NCBI RefSeq assembly: GCF_009834535.1
Contig: NC_045697.1
Span: 38,132,001 to 38,196,000, forward strand
DNA: 64,000 bases
DNA from: Camelus ferus
Lineage: Eukaryota
Reading direction: 5' to 3'
Shown: positions 9,293 through 22,528 of the stretch, one piece after another
Layout of the letters: each line of letters begins with the position of its first letter
Numbering within the stretch: position 1 is the stretch's first letter
Notes under the pieces: model-generated
Seen by the model: only the letters and a program-made list of their open reading frames with translations
What the model was told of the DNA's origin: nothing
Databases searched by the model: none
Made by a program: the position numbers and the translations under genes

Positions 9293-12200
9293 TCCAGGTG
9301 TGGAATGTTGGTTTTCATAGTCACTTTGATGTACCTGTTAGCTATGAATAGCTTCATTATATAAATAATGGCAACTGGATACTATTTGTGAAATAATGAT
9401 GACCTGTTCTGTCTAACTGTTTTACAGGATGCTCACTCATTCATTCAGTGAGCATTTATTAATCCAGTGTCAGCTGTAGGATTTAGAGACTCACAAAATG
9501 CTTACAATTCTGTGTCCTGTTCTATCTTTTCTAAGACCATCTGCACCTTGTCATGAATCTTCCCAATTTCTTGTTATTTACTGCCTATGCTCATGCAGGA
9601 TGATCCATTTAGAAATACCACCCTATTTTTCCAATTTGAAATAGAGAAAATTTTTGTTTAAGGACATCTAAAAGTGAAGAATAAAGTTCTGCTGAGATTG
9701 TGGAAATTAAAAGAAAACTACTGCAAAAACTCAATTTAGCCTATGGTCTCTAAGTAAAACTTAGAGTAGAAGCCAATTGTAGGGCTACAGAGTTCAGACT
9801 CAAGGGGAGATAGTCATTTGTGGCAGTTACAAACAAATGACCAAATGATTGGGGATCTATTTGATTTTTGAAGACAGGTATATATTATTTAGTGACAAGG
9901 ATACCTTTCAGCTCTCTCCACAGAGATCTCTGGAATCTGGATGAATCCCAGTTTAGAAATTGCTTTGCCGTTTCTTTGAACAATAATGTTTCATGAGTTT
10001 TATAGTAACTCCAATAATCCTAATTATTCCTTATCCTACTTACGTCTTCAAACTAGGTAGATGCAACCTCTCTGTTTCCAGGAAAATCTCTTAACTTAGA
10101 AAGACTTTTGGATGAACTACACTGTACTGTGAAATCAACCCAGAAGAAACACTTTTCTAAAAGACAATGAAAGAATAATGAATACAGAGAAATGGAGGAC
10201 CATAGAGCAAATACATCTACATTTCTTAAGACTTACTACTGTAGGATAATTAACTTTATCCTGGTAACGATGTAGCAGCTCACAAAGTTTAAAAAATACA
10301 ACATCCTTTATAGAAGAGGATAACTTTTCTTATTTTCTCTAATTACTTGATAAAATTTATTTTGAACAATTTACAGGAATAATAAGCAACATTATTAAAA
10401 AGTCCTTCCCCTTGATGTTGCTTTCAGGTTTATCCAATGCACATAGTGACTGTCATGTGGACTAATGGCTAATAAAAGATCTGTATGTCCAAGAGACATT
10501 CTTGCTAATGTTTTTGCAAAAGGAGCTAGGTTTCATCTCTTCAATCTCTTGAGGTCAGGAGATGTTGTGGGTGGAGATACTGTCACTGAATTCTTTACAC
10601 ACAGACCAGGGAAAGTTTGACATGCAGCCTGAAAACAGCCTAGATTTATCTCAGAGAGCCTTTAGAGATAAATTTCTTTGGGGAAAAGTAATAAGAGAAT
10701 TTTTTAAAAAGCAAAAAGTCAATAACTTTTTGCAGTTACATCAATGCCCACAAGGCTAGATTTTCACATGATAGATGTTCTGAGGGTAAAGCCATTATAG
10801 AAAAACAGCACCATTATTGCTAATTTGAAACATGACATTAAAAAAAATTCCAGTCCTTTGAAGGCAGAATCCTCCTTTGTTCCTTAAATTGCAATTAAAA
10901 TATTAATACGTACTAATGAAAGATTTATTAGATTTTCTTGACATGTTTATGAATCACATCACGGCAAAGCTGGCAGCAAAATAGATACTTCCAGACGTAT
11001 GAGGTAAAAACGGAACCTAAAATTAAATGGTAGCTATAAAAATACAAGGATAGATCAAGTAAAATTTATTATTTCTACACAGTAAGTTGTACAACAATTT
11101 TTATCACTAGACTGGTTTTTCAATCTATTTAAAAATGAATCAAAACATTGTTGTATTTTCTAAAGACATCTGGTATTTACAAAAATACATAATTTCTTTA
11201 CATAGGCATGTTAAAATCAAAATTTTTACTGTATTTGGTAATTGAAAGAAATAAAGATAAAAAAATCAGCATAATTTGATCTTATATTTAAAAAATGCTA
11301 AAATAATCAGAAGAGACCTGAAATGAGTTCTGAGATATAAAAACAAATGACATTTCATTTAGTATCATCAAAGGAGTAATCACTACTCATTTTATCTCTA
11401 GAGTCTCAAATAATTTTAACTCTGATTTTTTCAGTGGATATAAAATGCTCAAAGTTGTATATGTATGTATGTCATGTTGCTGTAAAATAAATACTAGATG
11501 ATACTATTTTGAGAAATTTAAGACACTTCCAAGAAGAATAAAATTAGCCAAAATCGAGTAGTTTTTTTCTCTTTGTTCATCTGTGAAGTAATCAAATCCC
11601 TTTTTTTCAAAAATTAGTCAGAGGTCCTTTTTCTATATTTTCACCCATTACTAACATATGCAAGCTACTTTCAACCTTTCTGAGTTTCAACTCCAGTTTA
11701 AGAATTTTTAAACAGCTTAAAAGGAAAAAGCAGAAGTAGACAATATATTTACTTCTTAGAGAAAAGTGAAAAATAAAATTAAGACAATTATTGTCTGAAC
11801 TCAGTATGTGTCCAAGCAGGTCACCCCTGATTTCCTCATCATGGCATCCATATGTCTGATGGTTCAACTACCAAGGGCAGTTGTAGCTGCTCCATCAAAA
11901 TCATTTGAGCTTCTTTTCCTCATTCTTCTATCCTTCTGTAGTATTATTCTCTTTAAGAATATATCAAAGAATTACCTTCAACTCCTATCATATCCCGCCA
12001 TATCGTTATCATTCTACCATATAATAGAGACCTTCAGGACTATTGAGTTAATTCTACACTGGGCAAAGCATTCAAGGCAAATATGTTACCTTATCAATGG
12101 TGTCTTCCTTCTCTGATCACCTGAGAGTAAAGAGCACCCTCTTCCTCTGAGCATTTCCTGTCACTTTTACACAGCTTTTTCTCCTTTGTACTTATTATCA

Positions 12201-12380
12201 CCTGACATACCATACTAGGTATCTCTATATAGTTGTTGGTTTGTTTATTATTTGTCTCTTTTCACTAGAATGAGGACTCCAACTCAGGTCTTTAATCCTT
12301 TTATCTCTTTAAAAAATACTTATTTTGGATTCACTTTCATATTGTTTTGTAACTCAAGTTCTTGGTGTTAAGAGTACTTG

Positions 12381-12922
12381 ATGTGAAGACACAGAAGCAA
12401 CCTAAATGTCCATCAACATCAACAGATGAATGGATAAAGAAGATGTGGGATATATCTACAGTGGAATATTACTCAGCCTTAAAAAATGAAATGATGCCAT
12501 TTGTGGCAACATGGATTGACCTAGAGGTAATCATATTGAGTGAAGTAAGTCAGACAGAGAAAGACAAATATCATATGATACCTCTAATATATGTAATCTA
12601 AAAAAATGATACAAATGAACTTATTTACAAACCAGAAATAGACTCACAGACATAGAAAACAAACTATGATTACCAAAGGGGAAAGGAGTTGGTGGGGGAG
12701 GGATAAATTAGGAGTTTGGAATTATCATATACACACTACTATATATAAAATAGATAAACAACAAGGACCTACTGTATAGCACAGGGAACTATATTCAATA
12801 TCTTGTAGTAACCTATAATGGAAGACTGAAGAAGAACATATATACATGTATAAACTGAATCACTTTGCTGTACACCTGAAACTAACACAACATTGTAAAT
12901 CAACTATACTTCAATTAAAAAA
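12381..12922 (+). mobile_element. 5'-truncated L1 inserted into an L2-like relic
   Basis: ORF KQPKCPST..DEWIKKMW..YYSALK; perfect TSD AAGAGTACTTG at 12370-12380 and 12923-12933. Confidence 0.92.
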
Positions 12923-13399
12923 AAGAGTACTTGGCATGTAGTAGGCACAAAAATATATATAAATAAGGAAAATTTAGAAACTGTTTTATAGAACTTTTAT
13001 TTATAATAGTATACAACCTTTAAGCATACGTTTATTGTATAAATGGTGATACACCCTAAAGCTATATTGGAATGATGAAGTGATCTTTCACTGTATAAAG
13101 CTTTGCTTATAATCTTCCTGAACTCTATTTCCTATTCTGTTTTAGTTGGTGTGGGAGACTTGAGAACCTGGAATTTATAAAGAAAAGAGTCAATAAGCAT
13201 ATGGTAGAAAATAAAAATAAATATAGAAATGTTAGAAACAGGGATTATCTAACCAAGAGAGGAAGAGTTCTTGGAGGCAGTGTGACCTCATGATTGAGAA
13301 CTTGAGCAGGGGAGCTGGACAGTCTGGCTGTGAGTCATGTAGCTCCATCTACTAGATGGAAGACATTGGGATAATAATTGACCTTTAAAAGATTCAGTT

Positions 13400-13780
13400 T
13401 TTAATATTTGTGAAATCAGGGTGTATAATCTTTTTGCTTGCATAACATCCCTTCCTTTGGAAGACCATTCTTTGTTCTGCAAGAATCTCACACAATTCAA
13501 GGATTGATCCCTGAATTTGCCTAGGAGCTATGGCAAGGGCTTTCTCTGTGAGTCTGACACATAAGGACCAGGTGGGTTACCACATGAAGAGAGACTGTCT
13601 TAGAAATGACACCAGGTAGTGACGAGAAATGGAGAGAGAAAGAGATTGAAGCTGTTACACATGCTGACATCTGCCTGTGCCTGGAGCCGGGTCCATCCCT
13701 TGGCATTCAGAGTTCCATAAATCAAGCATTTCCACTTTTCTTTTGTTTAAGCTGGGTTTCTGAAATTTGCACCAGTGACA
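13400..13780 (+). mobile_element. Old MaLR (MLT1-like) LTR fragment
   Basis: 3' end ttttgtttaagctgggtttctg...tgcacc resembles an MLT1J/K terminus. Confidence 0.4.
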
Positions 13781-14104
13781 GGCATGAAATAAGTGCACAA
13801 TAAGTTTTACTATCTTGGTAATGATTAACAAATGGAGGATGAAAAGAAATCGTTAAATGGAAGAGGGGGTTTTGAAAACTTCTCAAATTTACTCCATTTT
13901 TGTGTATTTCATAATGAGGAGTGGCAATGCCTAGAATAGGAAGAAGAGACAAGAAAGAGGAGAATTTATTTACTGCCATGAAACTTTCAAGATCCAGACC
14001 CACCAATTTTTTAGGAAGGCAGAAGGAAGAGAGGGAACAAATTACAACAATGGTCTTTTACCACCCAGACTTCTCACTAAACACACAACCCTGGCTCTCA
14101 TGAA

Positions 14105-14908
14105 CTTTTTAAACTTCTTATTTTGAAATAATTATAGATTCACAATAAGTTGCCCAGAAAAATTTACAAAGGTCCTATGTGTCCTTTGCTTAGTTTCTCC
14201 TAAAGGCAGTATCTTGTATAACTATAGAACAGTATCAAAATCAGGAAAGTAACACTGATACAATCCATAGAGCTTATTCAGATTTTACTGGTTCTACCTG
14301 TTTTGTGTGTGTGTATGTGTCTGTAGTTCTATGCAGTTTTATCAAATGCATAGATTCTCATAACCACCACCACAACAAAGACACAAAACAATTCCATCAC
14401 CACAAAGCTCCCTTGTGCTACTCTTTTATAGACCCCTCCCCGCCTCCTCATTACTAACCGCAGCAGCCATCTATTTTTCCTATTATTTTGTTATTTTAAG
14501 AATGTTAAATAAATAGAATCATATGTTACCTTTAGAGAATGTTTTTTTTTTCCCACTCAGCATAATTCCCTTGAGAGCCATTCAAGTTGTTATATATCTG
14601 TTGATATCAACAGGTTGCTCTTTTTCATTATATCTCATTTAACCATTCACCTACAGAAGGGCATCTAGTTTTTGGCTCTTATGAATAAAGCTGCTACAAA
14701 CATTTGTGTACAGGTTTTTGTGTTGATGTAAGTTTTCAATTCTCAGATAAATGCCCTAGAGTACAATTGCTGGGTCATATGGTAAGTGCTTGTTTAATTT
14801 TATAAGAGACTGATAAATCATTTTCTAGAGTGATGTTACCATATTACTTTTCCATCAGCATAGAGTGATCAGGTTTCTCTATATCTTCTCCAGCAGTTGG
14901 TGTTATGG

Positions 14909-14943
<35 letters not shown>

Positions 14944-15890
14944 GTATCTGAGCCATTCTCATGGGTGTACAGTGCTATCTTATTGTGGGTTTGATTTGCA
15001 TTTCCCTAACAGCTATCGATGTTGTGCATCTTTTCATTTGCTTATTTGCCATCTGTGTGTTCTCGTCAATGAAGTGTGTGTTAATATCTTTTGTCCATTT
15101 TCTAATTAGATTGAGTTTTGAGAGCTCTTTATATATTCTAGATACAAGGACTTATGTTGAATATGTGATTTACAAATATTTTCTTCCAGTTTGTAGCTTG
15201 GCTTTTCATCCTCCTCACAAAGAACAAAACTTTTAACTCCTTTTTGAAATCTAGAATCTTTTTATTTTTATCAAAAAAATTTTATTGAGGTATAATTGAT
15301 ACATAATTAACATAAAGTTCAGGTTGTACAGCATAGTGATTTATAAAGGTTACTCCATTTATAGTTATTTAAAAATATTGGCTATATCCCCTGTGCTGTA
15401 CAGTATATCCTTGCACCTTATGTATTTTATACATAGTATTTTGTACCTCTTAATCCCCTACGCAATCTTGCCCCTTCCTCCTTCTCTCCCCAGTGGTAAC
15501 CATGAGTTTGTTCTTTATATCTGTGAGTCTGCTTCTTTTTTGTTATATTCACTAGTCTGTTGTTATTTTTTAGATTCCACATATAAGTAATGTCATACAA
15601 GGCAAAGCTTTTAATTTTGATGAGATCTAATTTATCACATTTTTCCTTTTACGAATCATGCTTTTGGTGTCAAGTCTGAAAGCTTTTCACCTACTTCTAG
15701 GCTCTGAAGATTTTCTCTTATATTCTGTCCTAGAAGTTTTATATTTTTATATTTTATACTTAATTAAGTCTGTGATTATTTTTAAGTTAATTTTTACATA
15801 AGATACAAAGTTTAACTTGAGGTTCTTTTTTTTTTTTTTCCCGCCTGTGGATATCCAGTTGCTCCAGCACTATTTTTTGAAAAGGCTCTC
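14105..15890 (-). mobile_element. Older L1M element with a younger L1 3' end nested at about 15278-15600
   Basis: Continuous antisense L1 3' UTR/ORF2 sequence (ttttgaaataattatagattcac...gatatccagttgctccagcac), interrupted by tttattgaggtataattga...agattccacatataagt. Confidence 0.85.
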
Positions 15891-16897
15891 ATAAACTTTT
15901 AAGAACATTAAGTTGCCTTTGATTGTGTTTTCATCCTTTTGGTATTATTTTCAAGGCTGTTCAGAAAGTAGGATAACCACTTTTTATTCAAAAGGCACTT
16001 TTAGGATAATCTCATTTGCTTTGATTTGATTTTACTGAATCTGCAGCCTCTGAAAGCTGTTTTTGCTGACAGATCAATTGCATCTCATTACATCTCAGGA
16101 AAGGGAACAGCAGCCCACTCAAAAAAACAGAAATGCTGTGACATTTTCCAGACCTCCACCCCAAAAAATGCTACTTGTAAAAATAATACCCAGGTCCCAA
16201 GGTTCCCATCATTTAACATAGTTTCTTCTTCCTTAACAAAACCTGGCATTTACAAGGGCATTAATGAGATCGCAGAAAAATCAAGGCCTCAAGTGTTACA
16301 TGGAAACTGTTTTCAAAAAGCCCATGTAAGGAGTCAGTCAGTTTACAATAAGTGTAGAACAAAACACATGCTGGAACATGACCTCATTTTGAAGAAAACA
16401 TACTTCAGTTCAGAACCTGAAAATGTCAAAGGAAAGAGCTATGTAACCCTTCTGTCAACTGGAAAACTACACTGGAGAGCGAATGTGGATGGGTCTGTAG
16501 ATGGATGGAATTATACAGTATCTTTTCCCTTGCATCTAACACAAAGACTCCTACAATCCTTAGAAAAATTTGAGCGGGTTTGTGAATATCTGAAAGAAAT
16601 CAATCCATCAAAAGACAGGCAAATTATATACTGCTATTACATACGTGTGTCCTTTACTGAACTATGGCTTAGGTATTAACACGACAGAATAGCATCCATC
16701 AGATAGCATGCATGGGGCTTCAAAATTCAATTTGGCTGATTTACTAAGATTTATAGCTGCAAATTTGACCATTTCCTCAGCAATGTATGCTGTGAAAGAA
16801 TAATAATAGTAATAACAATAGTCATAATAGCTACTGAACTTTATATATATTATTTCACTAAGAGGCAGTTGCAAAAAAATAAAAAGAAATACATCAA

Positions 16898-17022
16898 GAG
16901 GGGAGGGTATAGCACAAGTGGTAGAGTGCATGCTTAGCAAGCATGATTCTTGGGTTCAATCCCCAGTACCTCCTCTAAAAATAAATAAATAAACCTAATT
17001 ACCCACCCCCTCAAAAAAGTTA
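16898..17022 (+). mobile_element. tRNA-derived SINE (camelid-type)
   Basis: GGGGAGGGTATAGCACAAGTGGTAGAG...GGTTCAATCCCC; 17-bp TSD AAAAAGAAATACATCAA at 16881-16897 and 17023-17039. Confidence 0.92.
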
Positions 17023-17424
17023 AAAAAGAAATACATCAAAATGGTGATGTGGTTGTTTTTATTTTATTTTCTCTCATTTTCCCCTGTTTTACAATGTGGT
17101 TAAGTTACTCTTTAAAATTAGAAATACACATTCATATCCAAAAGATCATCAAGCTATACACTGGAGACTTTGCATTTTATTATATGTAAATTATTTCTCA
17201 AAAAATCACTGAAAAAATAGAGTGAAGGAAATGCATGTGCAAAATACACACTACCTATAAATCAATTTTGTTATTTTTCTTGAGGAAAAAAAAAGACTGG
17301 AGAGACATACCAATTAAGGGCAATGTATAAAATTTATTTAACTAATTAAACAAATCAATTATATATAAATAATTAGGGGATTCAGAACTGGATATTCTAT
17401 AGTATTAGGGAATTATTGTTATGA

Positions 17425-19290
17425 TTTTAATGAATATATAATTTGCATACAATAAAATGTACAGATCATAAGTGTCCAGTATGACCAGTTTTAATAACTG
17501 TATCCCCTGTAACAATTTGAGTAACCACCACCTAAAGCAAATTATAGATGTAGATGTCAAAAGTTTCCATCAACCCGGAAAGTTACCTCCTGTTCCAGTC
17601 AATAACCCCAATTCTTAACTCAGAGCAACCAATGTCTAGCTTCTAGCACCATAGATCAATTTTGCCTATTCTTGGACCTCATATAAAAAGAATCATACAC
17701 TAACACGTTCTTTTGTATCTGGCTTCTTTTACTTATCATTACATATCATTAAATTCACTCATTGTAACTGTACAATTGAATGACTTTTAGTAAGTTTACC
17801 GAGATGTGCAACTATCATATAATCCAGTTTTAGAATATTTTTATCACCCTAATAAGATCCCTCATGCTCATTTTGAAGTCCCACACCCAACCCAGGCAAC
17901 TACTAATCTATTTTCTATCTCCACACATTTGCCTTTTCTAGACAACTCATATGAATTGAATCATACAATATGTGGTCTTTTGTGTCTTTTTCTTTCACTT
18001 AGCGTAATGTTTTGAAGTTCATCCATGTTGTAGCATGGATCTTTATTTCATTCCTTTTAATTGGCTGAATAATATTCCATTGTACAGATATACCACATTT
18101 TATTTATCCATTCATCTGCTGTTGAGCATTTGGGTTGTTTCTAATTTTGGGCTAGCATGAAAATGCTGCTATGAACACTCATATGTAAGTCTTTGTCCTA
18201 ACATATGTTTTCATTTCTCTGGTGTAGATAAGTAGGAGATGAATAGCTGGCTCATATGGTACATTTATGTTTAATTTTTAAAGAAGCTGTCAGACTATTT
18301 CCCAAAGTGACTTTGTCATTTTACATTCCCACCAGCAATGTATAAGAGTTTTAGTTTTTCCATACCCTTGCCAACATCTGTTATTGTCTTTTTGATTACA
18401 GCCATTCTAATGGGTATACATCAAAATAATATTTTTGAGATCTATACATGTTGTTGCATGTATTAGTAGTTAATTTCTATTTATTGCTCAGTAGTATTTC
18501 ATTGTATAAATATTGTTTGCAAAAAACTGTTCATGGACACTTGGGTGCTTTCCAGCTTGGGACATATGAATAAAACATTATAAACATTCTTGCACAAGTG
18601 TTTCTGTGCACTCAGATAGTCTTCAACTTACGATGGGGTTACTTTCTGATAAAATCATTATATGAAAATGTCATTAACTTGAAGATGCATTTAATACATC
18701 TAACTTATCAAACATCATAGCTTAGCTTAATTAACCTGCCTTAAACAGGCTCAGAACAGTTACATTAGCCTATGGTTGGGCAAAATCACCTAGCACAAAG
18801 CCTATTTTATAATAAATTGTTTAATATCTCATGTAATTTATTGAATACTGTACTAAAAGTGAAAAACAAAATGATCGTCTGGGTACAGAGTGGTTTTAGT
18901 GTATCAGCTGTTTGCCCTCATGATTGCATGGCTGACTGGGAGCTGTGGCTCGCTGCTTGGCTCCCCATCATGAGAGAGTATCATACCGCATATTGTTAGC
19001 CTGGGAAACACCAAAATTCAAAATTCCAAGTATGGATTCTACTGAATGCATATCACTTTCATACCACTATAAAGCTGAAAAATCATAAGCTAGGGACCCT
19101 CTGTATATGTTTTTGTTTCTTTGGGGGTAAATTCCTACAAGTGAAATTGCTAGGTGATAGTGTAGATGTATATTTAACTTTATAATAAACTGTAAAGTAA
19201 TTGTGCTATTTTACACTCCCAACATCAATGTATGAGAGTTCCAGTTGCTCCACATGCTCACCAAATTTTGGTATCAATCTTTTTAATTTT
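17425..19290 (-). mobile_element. Nested old L1MB/L1MC-like fragments
   Basis: Two overlapping antisense L1 3' UTR tracts (gttcatccatgttgtagca..., tttacattcccaccagcaatgtat...), interrupted by a Tigger element. Confidence 0.75.
18613..19103 (+). mobile_element. Tigger5b/MER47-like TcMar-Tigger element
   Basis: Starts cagatagtcttcaacttacgatggggttac and ends gggaccctctg-TA. The interior atcatagcttagc...gggcaaaatcacctagcacaaagcctattttataataaa matches the recalled consensus. Confidence 0.82.
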
Positions 19291-21825
19291 TGCTTTCCTC
19301 TTTAAGGTCACGATGGCATTGGGGTTATTTTCATATGTGAGTCTTTATATTTTAGGATAACGCTGAAATTTTTACAAATGAAATTAAATGTTATCTGGAA
19401 TTTGATTCATAATAATCCTGTTGGAGAGGGGCAGGGAGTGAGGGTGAGTTAGATGGAACAAGAGTTGAAGGTTTTGCAGCTGGGGGATGAATGCCTTATT
19501 GAAACCTCTCTAATTCTGTGTGTTTGAAATATTCCTAAAAAAATGTTTAAAACATTAAAAGAAAAAGTATATGTATACATTAAAAAATAAACCAAGTATT
19601 TAAACTGTTGAACCAGCCACAATATTTCATTATGGAACATCTACAATTTGTTTCTTAGGTATTAGCAATTAACTGCCTCAGATTACTGAAAACTAATAGA
19701 GCATCCGTGCCTATACACAATTTCTTCCTAAAAACTACCCTTCTTGTATAAAAGAATATCATTTCTACATTCAGTATTAGGGACAGCCCTATTGCCCCAT
19801 GATTTATTATCTCAGAGAGAAACAAGTCTTAATAATGAGGAAATGTTACTATTTAGAGCTTTTCTGACTAACATGGATGATTCTGACACAGACTAATTCT
19901 TGTGAAATCTTGATGGCATCAGTTGTACCATGTAAGAAAAATCTATTGGAGAGAAAATAGAAGATTCATAAATAACTTTTTTTCTCTAAGCACTTTGGTT
20001 ATCCCAGGAGCATGGAAGACTATTTAAAGTAATTACAATCAAATTTTATTAAAACATTAGCATTGTTTTCAATAACTTAAGGAGATTAAATTGTCTGATA
20101 ACTTGCCCAGGTGATAAATGAATAAATGAAAAAGAAAATTATCTTCAGATATAGACTTCTAATGTATTATTTTGTTCTTATTTCTTAGAAGTTAGTTTTT
20201 ATATTTTTAGTGGTATCAAAAGTGCCAAACATTAGCATTCTCATTTACAATGGTTATCATTTTTTAAAACACAGTAAGAAAACCCCAAAAAGGACACCAT
20301 CTAGACTCAATCACACAAGATAACTGATTGCTCTTACGCCGAAGGTCAGCTCAGAGAACACAGCTCCTTCTAAACATCATCCCTAAGAATTATTAATATT
20401 CTCTTGGAACAGAGATGAAAAGTCTCTCATTGCCTGTCCGTGGCTTTGACAGCCAGACTTTCATTTCTAAGCACACATAGTACTTATTTAAAACTTACAA
20501 AGATACCAAGTGTCTCTTTTCTTCTCCAAGGTTTGATTGATGATTTCATTCTGTGACTTTCTACTCTGTGAGGATATGATTTCGTGAGAGTCCATTTAAT
20601 TTCCCAAGATAGAACTGAAGTGTTACTTTTTTGGCTATTAATTGTGAAATCTTAAAATTCACTTGACTCACTTTTGAGTCTTATATACCAAAAAATGACA
20701 TACTGAAGGCATTCTGAATTATTTAACTTTATCCTGTACAGCTCTAAATTCATGAACCAAACTTAAGCTCAGCTGGATTGTAAGTGATTATGGTAAATGT
20801 AAATGATTCTAGACAGCCCCTAAATCCCATATATCCCCAAGTGAAGGATTCTTAAACATCAAAAAAGTGCTTGAAAATTACATTCCTGTCACACATTATA
20901 TTAAAAATAACATCAGTAGAATGTCTATTTCCAAATGCCTTTTATGTACAGGAATACAAGGAACAGGAAAGTGACAATTAAAGTTTCTACAAGTTTGTTT
21001 TATGAACAAACTTTCTGCAGGTTTAAGTATTTAAAGTTCCCTTGCTTTGGAAGCCATTATCTAAGATGTATTTACTATTTTTTCTCAGTCTCTCGGAGAT
21101 ATTTCCTGAAGTTCAAATTACTGAGTTATTCAATATAAATAATTACTGTTTTCAACGTTTTCTACACATATTTTTCTTCAAGTAGAGAGCTTCAAAAAGC
21201 ACTTTGTTTCATGATATAAAAAGTCCAAGCTAAGCCTGATATTTTATTTTTGTATTTGGATATTTCTTGTGGATGTATCATGCTCAAGGCAAGATTTAGC
21301 TGCACATGAAGAACAAAGTGTGTCTCCACGTAACTGACTGAGACACTGCATTTGAGGTCTTCAAACAAACCAGCAACAGTCATTCTTGTTCCAAGAGCCT
21401 TTTGAATAATCACTTCATCTGAGCTCCACCATCTAGACCTTCCTATGACTTGTGAGCAGTGAGAGTTTAGCTAGTAGATAAGCAACTGGGTTCAGTAACA
21501 ATATACCAAATTTTGTGAGAGAATTTATATTATCCAGAGATATTCACAAGCTTGTAGTTTCACAAGCTCTCAAGATATACCCTGTGGGAGGGTCAAGGGT
21601 CCACAGACTTACTATACATATTTTATAGATAAGAAAAATTAAGCTGAGGGTAGGTAAATGGCTTTCTTAAGTCTGATTCACACCCAAATCTGTCTAACAA
21701 GAAAGCCTATTTCCTTCCACCATGAGAAGGGCCTTCTAAGCACTGATGCTGAGCAAACATTCTGGGTACAAGTGATATTTGCCCTTTTGAATCCAAGTGC
21801 GAGCTATAAAATGATAATAATAATA

Positions 21826-22169
21826 GAGTCCACAAACCCATAATGGCAATTTTTAAGCCTCAAAAGCCCCAACTAGGTTTCATAACTCATTTGGTGGTGA
21901 AATCTGACATGATCTGAATTAATTTGATGGCAAAACTTGGCCTGAGTAAGACTGCTCACAGCTCTTATTTATACCATTTGCTTTGAATATTCAACATTTT
22001 GCAGCATAGACATTTATTTGTTCATTACAGGATTCTTCCCCAGACCAAATGAGAGTTGTTTCATAATACACAGTAAATATATGGTATTATTTTTCAAAAG
22101 CCAAAAAAATTCTGAATTCTGACCCACATCTAGCTCCAAGAGTTTTAGACAAGGAATTACAGACCCGCA
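21826..22169 (-). mobile_element. MER46C-like TcMar-Tigger MITE
   Basis: aaaaattctgaattctgacccacatctagctccaagagttttagacaaggaattacagacc matches the reverse complement of the recalled MER46C start. Confidence 0.65.
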
Positions 22170-22453
22170 TAACAACAATAACAGTGATAGTGAAAGTTGA
22201 GCTCTATAGTTTTATCTCATCTTTATGTCTTTTATAAAATAATCTTATATATTTTTTATTGCATTTGCCATCATAATGTTAACACTTTCTAATTTCTTTG
22301 AATAGGTTTGCCCTGATTATCTATTTAGAGGGAAGAAAAAAACATGACTAAACTCTTGACTTCATAAAGTCTCTTGGTCAAATGCATACCTGACATCAAA
22401 CTTTTACCTTCTTAAAATGGAAATTAATTCCAATCAGAAATAGAGGATACTGC

Positions 22454-22526
<73 letters not shown>
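22454..22526. repeat. (TG)n microsatellite, about 30 uninterrupted units
   Basis: Directly visible. Confidence 0.97.
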
Positions 22527-22528
<2 letters not shown>

